From positions 135,227,119-135,250,566 of the forward strand of contig JANKJI020000002.1 of NCBI GenBank assembly GCA_024626585.2: a DNA stretch of 23,448 nucleotides. Reading direction: 5' to 3'. Shown here piece by piece: positions 20,336 through 23,448 of this stretch. The translations under genes and the position numbers were made by a program. Source of the DNA: Ginkgo biloba (taxonomy: Eukaryota; Plantae; Ginkgophyta). The notes below the pieces were generated by a model. The model did no database searches. It was given only the letters and a program-made list of their open reading frames with translations, and was not told the DNA's origin. Positions within the stretch are counted from its first letter, which is position 1. Each line of letters opens with the position of its first letter.

Positions 20336-22979
20336 AGCCGTAGTCGTTCGCCGCCCAATCCCATCCTTCATAATTGGCTCACCTGGGATGCCCTTTCAGG
20401 TTATTATTAGTAAAGAAAACATCAGAGTTACAGGTCCCTCTAACACAATGGTTAGATCTTCTCCATGCTTCCCCCATTACAGAGGCCAAAAACATCCAAA
20501 TGCCTCGGGGTTCAGTTTTGAAGGCAGTTTACAACATTTCTTTCATTAGTTTTCAGATCATTGAACTCAGGCATAGAGTTTTTGGCAACAGTCTTCCCTA
20601 AAAGCAGCCATAAGGACTTAATTCTAGCACACAATAAATACCCTTATGACATGCTAACCATGCAGAAAAAAGTACATTTTCTGTGGACTCAAATACCTAC
20701 AAATCTATCTTAAAATCAGATTTATAACAGCAGAATAAAACCCAATAAAATGATAAATTATCCATGAAATTGACAGGGAAGCAGAGTACAAATAGAACCA
20801 AATGTGTAGTGCCCTCAAAGGGACCTTATATGATATGATTGAGTTTGCTACCTAATTTCTGCTCCTCTGCTAATGTGGTGAGAACTTGGCGTCTTCTTGA
20901 ATGGGCCTCACCTATAAAGNNNNNNNNNNNNNCCTTGTAGAGTTGCAACAAACTTTCTTAAGATGGATGAATGATAGTGAACAACTGTACAACCTCCTGC
21001 TGATAGCAGAAAGTAGACATGAAAGAAGGAAGGGTGCAATAATGAAAATTGATGATGGCAATGATTGACGATAATTATGGAAGTAGATTATTTTTATAAT
21101 GCAATTAAATTCGTAATAGCACAACTGTCTCTTTTCTCTCTAGGTCAGCTTGGCTTGCCTTCCTTTGACTTACCTCTACATGTGTTGCCATATGTTACAG
21201 TCTAGCTTGCCAGGTTTCAGTTTGAGTTTGGCGAGCCAAAAGACTGACAAAAACTGAACAAAGTTCAGAAAATTCAGAAANNNNNNNNNNNNNNNNNNNN
21301 NNNNNNNNNNNNNNNNNNNNNNNNNNNNNNNNNNNNNNNNNNNNNNNNNNNNNNNNNNNNNNNNNNNNNNNNNNNNNNNNNNNNNNNNNNNNNNNNNNNN
21401 NNNNNNNNNNNNNNNNNNNNNNNNNNNNNNNNNNNNNNNNNNNNNNNNNNNNNNNNNNNNNNNNNNNNNNNNNNNNNNNNNNNNNNNNNNNNNNNNNNNN
21501 NNNNNNNNNNNNNNNNNNNNNNNNNNNNNNNNNNNNNNNNNNNNNNNNNNNNNNNNNNNNNNNNNNNNNNNNNNNNNNNNNNNNNNNNNNNNNNNNNNNN
21601 NNNNNNNNNNNNNNNNNNNNNNNNNNNNNNNNNNNNNNNNNNNNNNNNNNNNNNNNNNNNNNNNNNNNNNNNNNNNNNNNNNNNNNNNNNNNNNNNNNNN
21701 NNNNNNNNNNNNNNNNNNNNNNNNNNNNNNNNNNNNNNNNNNNNNNNNNNCAAGCAGGTCACAGCATATGTACACTGAATATACTCTTGTGATTTCCTCT
21801 TAGGGTTGTAAGGTTCCTTACTGCTGAATTCTGCTCCTATTGTTGGATTTTTTCTCCAATCCGCTATTCCTGGATTCAATTTCCCTATGACACTTGAGGG
21901 CTTGCAAATATACACATTAATGACCTCAGACTGTGGGTCCCTGCTAAACTCTACTCTTATAAACTCTCCTGGCTCCTAGAAAGTTGCCCTTGACACTTCC
22001 ACATGTTGGCATTATATGCAACTGAGCAGGCTTTAGGCACAAATTTCAAGGCATATGGCTTAGGTTGTGTGACACTAATGGTCCTTGTCAACTCAGAATC
22101 CTTCTACACTTGTTGAGGCCTTATGAGATGCCTTAGGCCTTGCTTTTGCCTCTTAGGGGCCCATTAGTGCTTCTAGCACAATTTCTTGTGTCTAGGGTTC
22201 ATGACTCTAAGATCCTGCCTTAGATTTTTCCTCTACATATTGATCAAACTTCTTGCAATTCTTTGTTTTGTGATAGTTTAGGCCTTTTTCTAACTAATAA
22301 AGGGGCCGTTTTTGGCATATAACAGTGTTGAGGTGTCATAGTTGCCATTGTATACTTGATCTATTCATGTTCGGTATTAATGATATTTTTTAAGGACAAA
22401 TGCATGGTTGGAAAGGCACTTAAGACTCGAGAGTAGTAACCGAAGAGAAGCTAGATCTGATTGTCCNNNNNNNNNNNNNNNNNNNNNNNNNNNNNNNNNN
22501 NNNNNNNNNNNNNNNNNNNNNNNNNNNNNNNNNNNNNNNNNNNNNNNNNTAACCATTTTTCTATTTGTTTTAGCTACTAATGTGAACAGCCATCCTGGCT
22601 CATGAATGTTTTTGTTTGATTAGTAGAGAGGAATAAGGCATGAGACACACTCTATGCCTACATGTGAGATTAATTTGAATTTTCTTTTGTACTGGCAGTA
22701 TAGTTGGGTAAACTACTAAGAGATATGACAAATGGGCACTTACCTGCTTATCAGTTTGTTTGTGATGGNNNNNNNNNNNNNNNNNNNNNNNNNNNNNNNN
22801 NNNNNNTATAGGATATTGATACAAAGTGGTGTTCTAGTTTGGGAATGTTTTAATGGATTGCATGATTTTCTGGCAATTCATGGATGCTTGGCATTGTATT
22901 GAGCTGGCGTCCTAGCTCCATTAAATGGATGAACTGAAACATGCAGAAAAAATGATACTGATATTGTTTTGCTCAACAG

Positions 22980-23099
22980 GTTTCATCAAGTAGACAGTGA
23001 TGATTTGACTATTGCAGTTAACTTTTGGTGGCCATCCAAGATTATGCTAGCAATGCAAACACACATGGATGCCTATTACTTACGGCGAATAGTCAGCAG
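22980..23099 (+). CDS. JMJ31: JmjC-domain protein (JMJ31-like) exon containing the distal Fe-binding His
   Basis: Acceptor ttttgctcaacag| completes the Trp codon (TG+G). Encodes FHQVDSDDLTIAVNFWWPSKIMLAMQTHMDAYYLRRIVS-R. Donor AG|GTTATT. Confidence 0.93.
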
Positions 23100-23303
23100 G
23101 TTATTGGCTGTACCATACCTACAGTGGTTGAATCTTCCATAGCAGTTTGTTTTGAGAGAGATTTTGTTTTGGTCTTTGTTATAAATGAAAATTGATTTTG
23201 AATATTTTCACATCACATGCTACTAACCTTGTGGACAGGATGTGACTAACTAATGCTTTCTGTCTTTTGTTTCAATTGTTTCTTGACTGTCTGATGGCAG
23301 CAG

Positions 23304-23322
23304 ATTGGTAGACTCAGAGAAG
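23304..23322 (+). CDS. JMJ31: JMJ31-like 19-nt microexon
   Basis: CAGCAG| acceptor, phase compatible (AG+A=Arg). Encodes LVDSEK, comparable to the recalled RLIDREM. Donor AAG|GTATTT. Branch-like TACTAAC at 23221 and CTAAC/CTAAT near 23246. Confidence 0.75.
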
Positions 23323-23448
23323 GTATTTTCTTTCCTCTGATTAAGTTTAATTCATTTAGCTTTCACTAATAATGTTAGAACATATTAATAGCTCTCTTTA
23401 TGAAAGGGGTTTCCATGGAGATGCTGGGCATGTTACTCAAGGAGGAGA

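Noticed and set aside
20383-21243. Antisense exons as inverted downstream JMJ31 exons
   Set aside because: No frame gives recognisable JMJ31 C-terminal motifs, and all spliced frames contain stops.

Overview
Eukaryotic plant nuclear DNA from a fragmented scaffold with many N gaps. The very long, TE-filled introns suggest a large-genome lineage such as a gymnosperm, but that is inference. The window spans part of a + strand JmjC-domain gene resembling Arabidopsis JMJ31. Four exons are visible (~5831-5892, 6104-6220, 22980-23099, 23304-23322), with an intron of about 16.7 kb including gaps. Most remaining sequence is decayed transposons: several Ty3/gypsy gag-protease(-RT) fragments, two L1-like LINE fragments, a hAT transposase remnant and LTR pieces. 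Most notable: (1) an LTR/PPT-bounded element whose interior holds host gene fragments (polygalacturonase-beta-like BURP, PPR) instead of gag-pol; (2) a LINE fused directly into a JmjC exon; (3) a gypsy element with gag-PR plus two accessory ORFs and no visible RT/IN; (4) a chain of antisense exon-like segments with canonical splice sites. No prokaryotic-type systems (CRISPR etc.) or RNA genes were seen. All family assignments come from motif recognition by eye, not database searches.
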